Shown piece by piece: positions 25,433 through 38,299 of a stretch of DNA of 64,000 nt. Position numbers and translations under genes: made by a program. This DNA is from Chiloscyllium plagiosum (taxonomy: Eukaryota): contig NC_057728.1 in NCBI RefSeq assembly GCF_004010195.1, positions 6,336,863-6,400,862 of the forward strand. Direction: 5' to 3'. The notes below the pieces were generated by a model. That model saw only the letters and a program-made list of their open reading frames with translations. It was not told the DNA's origin and did no database searches. Within the stretch, counting starts at the first letter, position 1, and each line of letters starts with the position of its first letter.

Positions 25433-26172
25433 ATTTTAAAGGCAAGGTTGGAATGATCTCTGAACAGACAGGTGTGTTTCACCAACAACTATGAGTCCAG
25501 TGAGCAAATTGGAATGAACTCATTGGGATACTAAGACACAAAGCTGTGGAAGCAGGAACTATGTTGCCAATGGTTTCACTATCAATGGCCCCCCAATAAC
25601 ATGGTGTTTGCAGAATAGTTCCTCATAGGGCGACTGACGAGGATGGACACAAAGTGCAGCTGACTCCTCTGTCGAAACATGTTGCCTTCATTGTCCAAAA
25701 TAGCAGCCATCCAATAAGCTTTGACCATGTCCTAGCAGCGTTGACCTGGCAGAAAATGTTATTTGCTGGGAAAACCTTTATGCAGTCAGCCTGCTTTTGT
25801 TACATATATGAAGGAGGGGAATTATGGAGACTGGTTTTGTTAAGTGAGGGTGACACTCCTGGAAGGAGGAAGGGTCAGTTCAGACAGCCTCCGCATTAGC
25901 ATTGTGAATCATATCAACCAGCAAACATGAGGCTTGGGAGATCCCTGGCATCACAAATGCCAGGGAGCATGATCTGAACTCAGAGCTGATCCTCTGTTTC
26001 ACTAGACCTGGTCAGATAGGGCGAATGGATTGTAGCCAATGTAGAACCACCATGTTCCTCAGTGAGGGGGTGACATCCCCTCATCCTCATCAAGAGGTCA
26101 CCATGAGGACTGTGCCCGGCTGCTTTTAAGAGGTCAACCTCAAAGATGGCCATCAGACATTAATACAGATAC

Positions 26173-26269
26173 GAGCTGAAAATGTGTTGCTGGAAAAGCG
26201 CAGCAGGTCAGGCAGCATCCAAGGAACAGGAGAATCGACGTTTCGGGCATAAGCCCTTCTTCAGGGATG
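26173..26269 (-). mobile_element. 97-bp Penelope pseudo-LTR insertion with intact hammerhead motif (26237-26264)
   Basis: 10-bp TSD ATACAGATAC (26163-26172/26270-26279); CUGAAGA-A-GGGC(UUAU)GCCC-GAAAC-GUC. Confidence 0.8.
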
Positions 26270-26999
26270 ATACAGATACCCATGCCTCTTGTCTGATTGC
26301 AATTGGAAACAGGTCAAAAAAAAGGCTCTGGATTAGTGGTGCTGGAAGAGCACAGCAGTTCAGGCAGCATCCAAGGAGCTTCAAAATCTGCCAATGGCCT
26401 GAAATGTAGGCAGATGGTCTGCCATATTGAAGCAAGTCACATAGATACTTTGATTAGAGAATTGATATAAAACAGTAATGTGCTATCTGACCAAGCATCG
26501 GGTCTAGTAAACTTTTGTTGGTCAATGGAGCAAGATTATTAGAGATATGCAGGATTGTAAAGTTGAGGTTAAAATCAGATCAGCCAAGATCTTATTGGGG
26601 TATTGGAGGCTTGTAGGGGCAAGTGGCCTACACTTGTTCCTTGGTTATGTGTTTGCATGTTCATATGAGGTGTTAGGTACTGATAGAATTAATGCATCAT
26701 GTATAACAGTTATTAAACACTGCCTGATATCATTATGTCAGACAGACTTCAGTTGAATGACAGCTCATATTTCAATGGAGTCACATAGGCCTCCCTATAG
26801 TCTTAATAACAGTCATAGTCTACCATACCAATATAACTTGTAACCTAGTTGCTAGTCTACAGTAAACTGTATTTTTTTAAATATAGGAGCCTCCACTACC
26901 CAGAGGATTTCCTGTATCATACTAGAACAGTCTGACCCAGTTGATCCCAACCTAAAAGGCAGAAAAACTATCTGAACATCTTTTATCAAGGTGTTTGTG

Positions 27000-28300
27000 G
27001 TAATGATCCACCATACAATGTGGATTCCACTGAGATTTTACAGGCACAGTTCTAAGAAGAGTAACTTATGGCAAGATTTGACAAAACAGAATGTACAGTC
27101 AGTGGGAGAAAGCCAGACCTGGTAAGAGAAGTGCAGAAGTTAGTTTGGGCTTGAACCGGAACACTAACCACACTTAGGAAATATAATTGTGTTGGGTATC
27201 GATGAAATGTAGGAGCATTTAGCAGGCGAGAACAGACATTGGAGGTTCTGTGGCAAAAATTGAAATTTCTGGTGGACAAGGAAATAAACATTGTGGAATT
27301 ACAGGCTGAGGAAGTAAATAATAATTCGAGTACTTATTGCTTAGTGCCAGTGTTACCACCTTTGTGGGTGGGCATGACAAGGCAGGGCTAGATTAAGGAC
27401 TGTAGAAGTAATTTTAAAATGAGTATTAAGGGGTGGAAATGCCATAAAGGCATAATTACAGTGATACTGCGGCAATTCAGAAGCAGATGAAATCTAAAAG
27501 AAGAGGAAAGTTCAGATACCATTGATATCATAGAAATAAGCAGGAGATCTATTAGTTAAACTACAGTGAAGGAGGGAAGTGTTTATTAAGACTACTGACA
27601 GCAAGACTCGTTCAGGAAAAACATACTGTAATGTAATTATTAAGATTGATTCCACAGGTCGGCGTAACATTGAGGGCCAAAGGGCCTGTACTGCGCTGTA
27701 ATGTTCTATGTCCTAATAACACTGTAGGAAGCATCAAATAACCTCGGAAAATCCATTAAAGAGAATGAGATTCATCTGAATGAGCCACAAACAGTGGAAT
27801 TCATTCAGTAAAGACATGGGGAGGACGAAATTCTTTTAAAAATGCAGACAGATGGATTTGTTCAATAAAACCATTAAGCAAACAGGAACAAGTTATTAGA
27901 CTGTCATAAGGTTAGAATTGTTCACTGTACTAGCAAGAAAGCAGAAAATATTTATTTCACACACATAAGGCAAGAATCCTCCATATTGACTACATGCAGT
28001 ACAGTAGAATTGAAATCTTTTAAAGGGGAATGAAGTGACATTGCTATACGGAAGAATTAAAAGCCTTTAAAGTAAGGATAATAAATGATCACAAGAAGAC
28101 AAGATAGCAGAAATAATATTGCCACAAAGATTTACTGTCACAGATAAATCAAGTAGAATGCTGGAGAAATCAGCCCTTAAGACATCAAATTGCTTCTAAG
28201 CCAGTTACAAAATCAGAAGCTGAACAAGTAAATTCCCTTTTGAATTCAATTGGTACTGTAGTTGATTATCTCACAGCTCATCAAGGCATAACAGCAACAT
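27000..28300 (+). mobile_element. Highly decayed A-rich LINE, possibly L1/Tx1-type endonuclease region
   Basis: A-rich strand; remnant resembling Y.YFS..H...S.IDY near 27948-27993; interrupted by a CR1 tail at ~27655-27715. Confidence 0.35.
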
Positions 28301-28314
28301 AGAATAATTCTAAG

Positions 28315-28585
28315 AGAGGAGAAAGATTTAAAAGGGACTTAAGGGGCAAATCTTTGACACAGTGGATGGTGTGTGTATGGAATGAGCTGCCAGAAGAAGT
28401 GGTGGGGGCTGTTACAACTGCAACATTTAAAAGACATCTGGATGGGTATATGAAGAGGAAGGGTTTAGAGGGATATGTGCCAATTGCTGGCAAATGGCAC
28501 TAGATGAATTTAACATATCTGTTCGGCATGGATGAGTTGGACTGAAGGATCTATTTCTGTGCAGAATAGCTCTATGACTCTATCA
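28315..28585 (+). mobile_element. CR1 3' end
   Basis: WNELPEEVV motif; TCTATGAC tail. Confidence 0.85.
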
Positions 28586-29564
28586 GTTCATGATGATTCA
28601 TTCTATCATCTTCCCATGGCAGACACCAAGCCAACAGACCCATGGTTTCCTATTTTCTGTTTCCTTCTTTTCTTAGACGAGATACATTTGCTACTTTCAA
28701 ATCTGGTGAACTTTGGGAAAATTAATGCCGTTACATCAATTCATTTACTAGTCATTTTTTTAAGATCCCAGGATGAAGTCCATCAGGAGCCTGGGACTGT
28801 TCACCTTACAGCTCCATCATTTTGCTCATACCACTTCCACTCTGGTTGTACCTTTACCAGGTTCCTCTCTCCCTTTCACCTCCTGATTTACAGTTATCAC
28901 TTAAATGATTTGTATCCTTTATAGATGCAAGTAATTTGTTCATTTCAACCTCCATTTCCTCATTATCTATGAATAACTGCCATTTTCACTATCGAGAGGA
29001 TCACCATTTACTTTGCTTATTCATCCTTTTCAGATCACTGTAGAAGATGTATTTTGATGATCAACGGCATTTCTTAATTGTAGGTGACCTGCTATTCTAT
29101 GATGGAAATCAGTTATTCCAGTTTCACTTTGGGAAGATCTCCTAGAATGGATACACTATGTACCCCTGAGTCAGAGCCCAGTCAATTGTGTGTTAGCTTG
29201 AGCTCTTGTAATCCAATCTGAAATCTGTGGCAATATAAGGCTGGCTGCAGTATTTTCCACTTCTATCATCATTGGCAAGGTTCTGAACACAAAGTGTCAG
29301 GACTGAGTTATAAGGAGACATAAATTAGAAGAAAGTTAATAATCATCACACCCTCACTGATTCCATTGATGACTATTTAACTGAAGTTATTCAGATGTCA
29401 ACACAGCCCGTGGAACAAATAATTATGGTAGAATCAAATCTGATGTCAGATACAAGCAAGGGAGCAGGTTCAGGTAGAATATTTCATTTCCTTATTCTCC
29501 AAGGAGGATTTGTCATTATCAGTGACATACATTGTGCTAACTATGGAATAATGCTCCACAAACA

Positions 29565-31028
29565 AATACATTAAGGACAAAAGGGTAACTAGGGAGCGAA
29601 TAGGGCCCCTCAAAGATCAGCAAGGCAGTTTTTGTGTGGAGCCGCAGGAGAAGGGGGAGATACTAAACGAGTATTTTGCATCAGTGTTCACTGTGGAGAA
29701 GGACATGGAAGATATAGAATGTAGGGAAATAGATGGTGATACCTTGAAAAATGTCCATATTACAGATGAGGAAGTGCTGAATGTCCTGAAACACATAAAG
29801 GTGGATAAATCCTCAGCGTCTGATCAGGTGTGCCCTGGAGCTCTGTGGGAAGCCAGGGAAGTGATTGCTGGGCCTCTTGTTTGTATCATCGATAGTCACA
29901 GGTGAGGTGCCAGAAGACTAGAGGTTGGCTAATGTGGTACCATTACTTAAGAAAGGTGATAAGGACAAGCCAGGGAACTATAGACCGATGAGCCTGATGT
30001 CGGTGGTGGGAAAGTTGTTGGAGTGAATCCTGAGGGACAGGATTTACATGTATTTGGAAAGGCAAGGACTGATTAGGGATAGTCGACATGGCTTTGTGTG
30101 TGAGAAATCATGTCTTACAAACTTGATCCGGTTTTTTTGAAAAAGTAACAAAGAGGATTGATGAGGGCCGAGCGGTGGACACGATCTATATGGACTTCAG
30201 TAAGGCGTTCGTCAAGGTTCCCCATGGGAGACTGATTAGCAAGGTTAGAAATCTCATGGAATACAGGAAGAACTAGCCATTTGGATACAGAACTGGCTCA
30301 AAGGAAGAAGACAGAGGGTGGTGGTGGAGGGTTGTTTCTCAGACTGGAGGCCTGTGACCAGTGGAGTGCTGCAAGGATCGGTGTTGGATCCATTACTTTT
30401 CATCATTTATATAAATGATTTGGATATGAACATAGCAGGTATAGTTAGTAAATTTGCAGATGACACCAAAATTGGAGGTGTAGTGGACAGCGAAGAAGGT
30501 TGCCCCAGATTACAACAGGATCTTGATGAAATGGGCCAATGGGCTGAAAAGTGGCAGATGGATTTTAATTTAAATAAATACGAGGTGCTGCATTTTGGGA
30601 AAGCAAATCTTAGCAGGACTTATACACTTAATGGTAAGGTCCTAGAGAGTGTTGCTGAACAAAGAGTCCTTGGCGTGCAGGTTCATAGTTTCTTGAAAGT
30701 GGAGTCGCAGATAGATAGGATAGTTAAGAAGGCGTTTGGTATGCTTGCCTTTATTAGTCAGAGTATTCAGTACAGGGGTTGGGAGGTCATGTTGCAGCTG
30801 TACAGGACATTGATTAGTAATTCTGGTCTCCTTCCTATCGGAAAGATGTTGTGAAACTTGAAAGGGTTCAGGCAAGATTTACAAGGATGTTGCCAGGGTT
30901 GGAGGACTTGCCCTATAGGGAGAGGTTGAATAGGCTGGGGCTGTTTTCCCTGAAGCATTGGAGGCTGAGGGGTGACGTTATAGAGGTTTATAAAATCATG
31001 AAGGGCTTGGATAGGATAAATAGGCTTG
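29565..31028 (+). mobile_element. CR1 LINE, 1.46-kb RT fragment
   Basis: LNEYFASVFT, PGNYRP.SL, SGVLQGSVL, FADDTKIGG; frameshifted. Confidence 0.95.
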
Positions 31029-31704
31029 GGTGATAGGAGGGGAAATGAGCAGTGGTGAATATAATTAGATACAAGTATGTAATGGAAAGAGAAAGCCTGG
31101 CTAGATTTTAAGGTGTTAAGGTTGTATCAGATTTAAGACTCTGAAAGGGTTAATGCTGAGGATTGTATTATGCACTGCTCAATATGATGATATCACAGAT
31201 TTGGTTGGGAGAACAATTCTATATCTCAACGGAGACAAACCTGCTATCATGGTCTTAATAAAAATGTCTATCAGAATAATGTTTCTGGATTGCTATCGTG
31301 CAAAAATCTACATCCTATTTAAAACAGCAGTTGGTGGCAATTGGACTATCTGGTGATTTTCTTTCCCACATGAGTGCAGTCAGGCTTTTTAGATCACAAG
31401 AAAAAGGGAGAATCTTTGATGTATCTCTCACCAATCTGACTGTGGTAAAAAAAAATCTAACATACAACAGTTAGTGAGTCCTGCAGATGTGCTTTTGCCT
31501 GACATGTCTCTGAATCCATGGAGAGTGCTAACATAGAAACACGGAAAATAGGAGCAGGAGTAGACCATATGGAACTTCAAGCTTGCTCCACCATTCAATA
31601 TGATCATGGCTGATCATCTAACTGTTCCCACTTTCTCCCCAGACTCTTTGATCCCTTTAGCCCAAAGGACCATATCTAACATTCTTAAAGACATTCAATG
31701 TTCA

Positions 31705-32060
31705 ACCTCATGGTGACTCAGTGGTTAGCACTGCTGCCTCACAGCACCAAGGACCCAGGTTTGAATCCACGCTATGAACTGTCTGTGTGGAGTTTTCACA
31801 TTCGCCCCATGTCAGCGTGGGTTTCCTCTTGATGCTTGGGTTTCTTCCCATAGTCCAAAGCTGTGCGGGTTAGGTGGATTGGCCATGCTAAATTGCTCAT
31901 AGTGTGCAGGAATATGCAGGCGAGGTGGATTGCCATGGGAAATTCAGGGTTACAAGGACAGGGTAAGGGGGTGGGGCTGGGTGGGATGCTCTTCAGATGG
32001 TCGGTGGGAACTTAATGGGTTGAATGGCTTGCTTTCACACTCTAGGGATTCTATGATTCA
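31705..32060 (+). mobile_element. HE1-like SINE nested in a CR1 3' tail (~31530-32120, -)
   Basis: SINE head and core; GATTCTATGATT tail. Confidence 0.85.
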
Positions 32061-32606
32061 TCAGCCTCAGTCAATTCCTGTGGCAGAAAATTCCACAGGT
32101 TCACCACTATCTGACTGAAGAAGTTTCTTAATCATTCTTGGTTCTCTTCTCCTAGTTGAAACCATCAACAAGGAAGGGGGGTAAAGTCAGGATCAAGTGA
32201 CAGTATGTAAATTAGCTCTGACGCTAATGCTCAAATGGGGTGACGTTTTTCCTGTGTACCATTACTTCAATGCCTGATATGTGGACACAATAATTTCTGC
32301 CGTTCCAACACACATAAGCAGCAAATAAATTCACCAACTTACTTTAAAAAACATTCTGATGTTGTCACTGGCTGTGTTACTTTTAGATTGTCACAGACAC
32401 AGGATCAAGTACCAACAGTGCTGAGGTAGGTGAGCTGAGCGAGGCAGACACCATAATAAACAATACAACACAATAAAACAAAATGGCTGCGACCATGAAG
32501 GAATGCAGGCTCTCAAACACCACTGGTTGATCAGTTATATCTGTGATCCCTGTGAGTTACAACTGGCCACGAGAGCATACATTCTGATTTCCACAATTTC
32601 CCAACA

Positions 32607-32795
32607 TAGAATCATAGAATCCCGACAATGTGGAAGCAGGCCATTTGGCCCATCGAGTCCACACTGACCCTCCAAAGATGGTCCCACCTAGACCCCCCCC
32701 CCACCTTATAACCCTGCATTTCCCATGGCTAATCCACCTAACCTACAGATCCCTGGATACTATGGGCAATTTAGCATGGCCAAACCATCTAACAT
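32607..32795 (-). mobile_element. HE1-like SINE 3' half
   Basis: ATAGAATCATAGAATC tail; GCTAATCCACCTAACC core. Confidence 0.8.
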
Positions 32796-33229
32796 CATGA
32801 TTCTTAACTGGTGGTGTCTGGGCATTGTAATTCCACCAAGTCAGGTAAAGGCTGCAGTCAGAGTTGTCATGTTCCAAAGGCACAATCAAAGGTTGAAATG
32901 GTGTCAGTCTCAGGGACTGGGTTGAACTGTTTCTGAGCTGGCTGACTGCCAGCTTGGTGCCAAAGTACAGGAACTCTTTGGAGGTCATGGCTACTGCTAT
33001 TGCCTGAACTTTAAGTTGTGAATATCTCGTGACATTGCCAGCTAATGTGAAGATTGACCCAAAGTGAAATGATTCTCTGTGTGCTCCCAATATGTGAAGA
33101 TTGCAGCTCTGCTAGACAGGCTTTCTGTGCTCCCTCTGCCAGATGAACATGCATGTATACTAGTCCAATTCAGACATTGTAGACAATACAGAGATTCAAT
33201 TCTACAAACCCTCACCACCCTCCTCAGCC

Positions 33230-33357
33230 TGAGACCCCTGGTCCTCACCTTCCACCTACCAACCTCCGTATACATCACATCATCCTCCGCCATTTCCGCC
33301 ATCTACAAATGGATCCCACCACCAGAGATATATTTCACTCCCCACCCCATCTGCTTT
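33230..33357 (+). mobile_element. Penelope-like RT/EN linker fragment running into the gap
   Basis: PLVLTFH..TNLRIHHIILRHFRHLQMDPTTRDIF. Confidence 0.7.
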
Positions 33358-33857
33358 NNNNNNNNNNNNNNNNNNNNNNNNNNNNNNNNNNNNNNNNNNN
33401 NNNNNNNNNNNNNNNNNNNNNNNNNNNNNNNNNNNNNNNNNNNNNNNNNNNNNNNNNNNNNNNNNNNNNNNNNNNNNNNNNNNNNNNNNNNNNNNNNNNN
33501 NNNNNNNNNNNNNNNNNNNNNNNNNNNNNNNNNNNNNNNNNNNNNNNNNNNNNNNNNNNNNNNNNNNNNNNNNNNNNNNNNNNNNNNNNNNNNNNNNNNN
33601 NNNNNNNNNNNNNNNNNNNNNNNNNNNNNNNNNNNNNNNNNNNNNNNNNNNNNNNNNNNNNNNNNNNNNNNNNNNNNNNNNNNNNNNNNNNNNNNNNNNN
33701 NNNNNNNNNNNNNNNNNNNNNNNNNNNNNNNNNNNNNNNNNNNNNNNNNNNNNNNNNNNNNNNNNNNNNNNNNNNNNNNNNNNNNNNNNNNNNNNNNNNN
33801 NNNNNNNNNNNNNNNNNNNNNNNNNNNNNNNNNNNNNNNNNNNNNNNNNNNNNNNNN
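33358..33857. other. Assembly gap (~500 N)
   Basis: Run of N; left edge ends inside a Penelope-like fragment. Confidence 0.99.
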
Positions 33858-33944
33858 CAGTTGGGTGATTTCACTTGGTATTTAAAAGTCCGACTTGTAT
33901 TCCAATGTAGCGTTACTTTCTAACGGCAGGTTCTTTACGTGCAG

Positions 33945-34086
33945 GTTTTGCACCCAGGACTTCAGAAACTGGATCTCAGTGCCTGTGACATTACAGATCA
34001 TGGATTAATCATGCTTCAGATTTGCACCCAACTGAGAGAAATTAACTTGAATTCGAGCGACTGCAAACTGTCTATAACGTCTGAAG
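33945..34086 (+). CDS. AMN1: AMN1 internal exon (VLHPGLQKLDLSACDITDHGL...SITSE-G), leucine-rich repeats
   Basis: AG/GT boundaries; phase 0 start, phase 1 end; recognisable match to vertebrate AMN1 (ILHPEVQTLDLRSCDISD). Confidence 0.92.
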
Positions 34087-34692
34087 GTATTTTAAATATC
34101 GAGTTCATTTTGTATGCAACAACCGTTGAGGGGAAAACAGGGCAATTACTCTCGTTTCAGTCTTTCATTATCTCATGGGAAGACTGGATTGTTTCCTTGA
34201 GGTGTAAGTAAAATCAAAATAGTCATATCCTCAAGGCCTGAAATGAGATGGACACAGCTCCTTCAATGGACGAGTTAAGGATATATTCTTTACAGTAGTC
34301 TGTGAACAGATCATCAGTCGGTCTGGCAAATGAAGCAGGACGTCCAGAACTGGTCAGCCTGATTTCTGACATGATCATGTCAAGACCATTTCTGTGACCC
34401 AGATTAAGTTGCCAGCTCACTTACCTATTCAGTTGGACAAAGTCGACTCGAATTGTACATCAAAACATGCCAACACTGTGGCGGGCAGGGGCTGCAGATT
34501 CCCCCTATGTGCCACCAAACAGGATTTTTATGGAAAGTAGGCATAGATGGAACGGCAAACTGTGGGCCGGGCATCCATACTGGGGCCTCCGTCATTTACA
34601 ATCTGGTAATGATGTGGACAAAGACAGAACAATGGATTAAAGTTTGCTGAGATTCAAAGCTAGCTGTGAATGCAAGTTGCAAGAATGATATT

Positions 34693-34998
34693 TAGATTAG
34701 ATTACTTACAGTGTGGAAACAGGCCCTTCGGCCCAACAAGTCCACACCGACCCGCCGAAGCGCAACCCACCCAGACCCATTCCCCTACATTTATCCCTTC
34801 ACCTAATACTACGGGCAATTTAGCCAATTCACCTAACCTGCACATTTTTGGTCTGTGGGAGGAAACCGGAGCACCCGGAGGAAACCCACGCAGACACGGG
34901 GAGAATGTGCAAACTCCACACAGTCAGTCACCTGAGGCGGGAATTGAACCCAGGTCTCTGGCGCTGTGAGGCAGCAGTGCTAACCACTGTGCCACCGT
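34693..34998 (-). mobile_element. Young HE1-like SINE within an old CR1 (~34540-35950)
   Basis: Close reverse complement of 20561-20880. Confidence 0.92.
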
Positions 34999-35957
34999 TC
35001 AAAGACACGTAGGTCAGGTGAGTGGGCAACAAGATGGCAGATGGAGTATGATGTAGCATGACATTGAAAGTGTGACATTTTCACTTGTTTATAACAGAAA
35101 AGCAACATATTTTCTTTCTAAAGTTGGGGAAATTTTTAAATGTCGATATTCAGAGAGACTTGGTTCGGATTGTATAAGGAATACGACATTAGCAAGCAAG
35201 TACAGCATGCAATTAAGAAGGACAATGGCATGTTGCCCTGTACTGCAAGGTGTCTGGAGCACAGAGGAAAAGTCTTGTTACAATTGCTTGGGACTTTGTT
35301 GAGAGCCCATCTGGAGTACAATTAGCTGATTTGGTCTCCATACTTAAGGAATCATATATCAGAGGCAGTACAATGAAGGTTCACTAGATTGGTCCCTGCA
35401 GCTTTAATACGTACCAGCAAATTCAAGAACAGCTTCTGTTCTGCTGTTATTAGACTGATGAATTGACTCGGTAACTTCAAATAGTGCTGATCTTGTTAAT
35501 ATTGATCTTGTCTAGCACATGTCCTGTGCGGTGTAACCTGTATACTCTATCCAAGATTTTTTTTCACCCTTGCTTACTCTGATCTGCCTGTGTCTGTACT
35601 GCTCCCAAACAAAGCTTTTCACTATACTTAGGTACATGTGACAATAAATTAAAAATCAAATTAGATCAAATGAGACACTGATAAATTGGAACAATGTTCT
35701 TTGGATTTCACAAGAGTGAGGGGTGATCTTAGAGTCATAGAGATGTACAGCACGGAAATCTTATTGAAGATTCTTCAGCAGGCAGAGCTGGTTTCTATAA
35801 TTGGAGAATCTAAAACCTGGAGCTGAATATTAGGTAAAGGAAAAATAAATTTAGGACTAAATCGAGGAGATATTTCACTTGTGTTGTAAATCCTGGTATT
35901 GTTTGCTCTTAGAGGTTTGGAGATACTCCATCATTTGATGTCTTTAAAATTGGACTA

Positions 35958-36991
35958 CAGAGGAACCTCGATTACCCAAACGAGATGGGCGGGCAGTATT
36001 TATTCGGATAACTGATTATTTGGATAACTGATTCAGTGCCTCTCCTCTGGGGCTCAGAGTTTTCTGAAGTTTTCTTTTTCCTCGCTCTGCCTGCCTTGCT
36101 GCCTCTCTCTGTCTCAGGGTTTGTTTCTGAGGGGACACACAGTTGTGTGTAAGGGACCTGCAGCATTGCTGTAGCCTCTCGCCGCCGCTGCTTCACTTCA
36201 ACGGGATTGACAGAGTGAGCACTTGCTATGTTTTCTCCCCGTTCAGGAGACTAGGCAGCAGCACACAATACAATAACCCCTACCCCCAAACACACACACA
36301 CACACACACAATGAGCCCATGCCCCTGCCCACCCTCCCCACGCACCCCAGCCCCCAGAAAGGTGAGGACAGCTGGACTGGACACCAACAGTAAGACTGCT
36401 GCCGCCTTTGCAGGGCTGATTGCACGAGTACATGCGTGCGCGCGTGCACGCGCACACACGCAGCTACACACACACACACAACTGTTTGACAAGTTCCACC
36501 TTTGCCCTGTACAGGACAATGTTTGAGAGATTAAAGGTGAGGACAGCTGGACTGGACACCAACAGTAAGACTGCTGCCGCCTTTGCAGGGCTGATTGCAC
36601 GAGTACATGCGTGCGCGCGTGCATGCGCACACACGCAGCTACACACACACACACACACAACTGTTTGACAAGTTCCATCTTTGCTCTGTACAGGACAATG
36701 TTTGAGAGATTATCTGTGGAAGGGGTGGTTTTCGGTACACCCCTGTCTAGAACTCCAGGGAAAGTTTGAGAGAGAGAGACAGAGAGAGAGGGTGCTTGGG
36801 CTCCCATCGATGTCCAGGACTGTTCTCGGCAGCATTTCTGTAAGCCGGGTTCACTTTTAATCAGTGTAAACAAAAGACGCGATCAGTGTTGGTAACACCT
36901 CTTGATGTAATGTTTCTATCAGAACCTTGAGATCTCCTTCTGATAATCCGAAATTCGGATAATCGATATTGAGATATTCGAGGTTCCTCTG
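35958..36991. mobile_element. Non-autonomous Tigger/pogo (Tc1/mariner) element, 1034 bp
   Basis: TIRs CAGAGGAACCTCGA / TCGAGGTTCCTCTG; TA TSD on both sides; subterminal GGATAA repeats; no transposase ORF. Confidence 0.88.
36358..36711. repeat. Direct tandem duplication, 2 x ~175 bp, with (CA)n and alternating purine-pyrimidine tracts
   Basis: 36358-36532 and 36533-36711 are nearly identical. Confidence 0.95.
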
Positions 36992-37371
36992 TAGACAGAT
37001 TATTAAAGTGTCAGGGATTATTGGGACCAGATGGGAGAGTTGTCTTGAATCCAATGATCAGTCTTGATGAATTGTAATGAATAGCGGAGTAGGCTTGACA
37101 CCCTGTACTGTTTACTCATTTATTTTCATCTAGTGCTCTGCTTCGTCTGGAATACTGCTTTCTCCCCATCCACTCCCTTCTAAGTTAGAACCAGACAAAA
37201 ATAATGTCTTCGTAGGAATAATAATGCAGACTGCATACAAAGACTTGGTGTTGTGCTTAGACTTTTCACAAAGTATTAGAGTTGGTTCATTTATGCTAAA
37301 TGAATTGTCATTGAAGTATTGACGTAGTGCCACTTTAAAATCCAAACCTCTGACTTTATGGCATTTTGCAG

Positions 37372-37589
37372 GATTAAAGGTGATTGCTTCATCTTGTCCC
37401 TACTTGTCGGAAGTCTGTCTTCGAAGATGCCGGAATGTTTCGGATGAAGGAATCGTCGCCCTTGCACAACAATGTAGACTGCTCCAAGTAGTGAATATCA
37501 GTGGCTGCTTGGGGGTTACAGATGCCAGTTTACATGCACTGGGCAAGAACTGCAAGTTTTTGTATAGTGTTGATTTTTCAGCTACCAAG
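37372..37589 (+). CDS. AMN1: AMN1 internal exon ([26 protein letters not shown]...VDFSATK)
   Basis: TTTTGCAG|...AAG|GTACAG; 218 nt keeps frame; cysteine-containing LRR units. Confidence 0.95.
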
Positions 37590-38299
37590 GTACAGTGCTT
37601 TTAGTTTTATTTTACAGCATTTGTCTTATTCGCCTAAAATGAATGTAAAATTTTGTGAGTCTTCCTTCTGTAGGTCTTTCTACTTTACTGCTTTGACTTT
37701 CATCTTTTGGATCCAAAATATGAAGTGTGCCTAATGGCAGCTCCTCTGTTCTTTTCTCCACATCTTATGGTCTTCCAGTTTCCTCTTCAGTTTCTCACAG
37801 AAGCCTCCCATGTTCAATTTCAAGTCGTCAAACATCGTCATCCTTCTCCCCCTCCCCCTTTCTTCATATCCCTGTAATTTTCAGTCAGTCCCCTCCTTGT
37901 TTTTCTTGGTGATCTTCACTAAAGATCTTTCCCCTTCCACCATCCTGAGAACCCCTTTTTTACTTGTGTACTTTCCAATAACCTGCTCTAGCCTTTTCCA
38001 GATCCACAATTCACAGCTTGTTAATCTTCGGATGTCTGCTTTTCTCAAACGCCTGTATTTTCCAAATTATAATCTGGATAATTCTCTCCTTACGTTCTCT
38101 ACTCATTCCTACAATTGAGAAATTCTTTATATTTGGAGAGTGTATTCATATGGGAGTAACCATCTTCTGACAGGATGCTTCCCAGGTACCTCAATTAGAA
38201 TAAATGCAAACCAACAGAAGTGGAACTAGAGAAAGATGAAAATATTTCCCAGGATGGTGTAAGGCCTCATCTTGTGGAGTGTGAAATACCTTGAGCCAG

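Noticed and set aside
33020-33067. Peptide EYLVTLPANVKID resembling AMN1 LPPNIKD
   Set aside because: Stops three codons later, lacks splice sites, and lies in decayed LINE-like sequence
33079-33923. Long ORFs of 179-268 aa spanning the gap
   Set aside because: Artefacts of translating Ns
11145-37372. RESF1-AMN1 read-through fusion
   Set aside because: The phase 1 donor is incompatible with the first AMN1 exon present (phase 0); skipping to 37372 is merely possible, crosses a gap, and has no support
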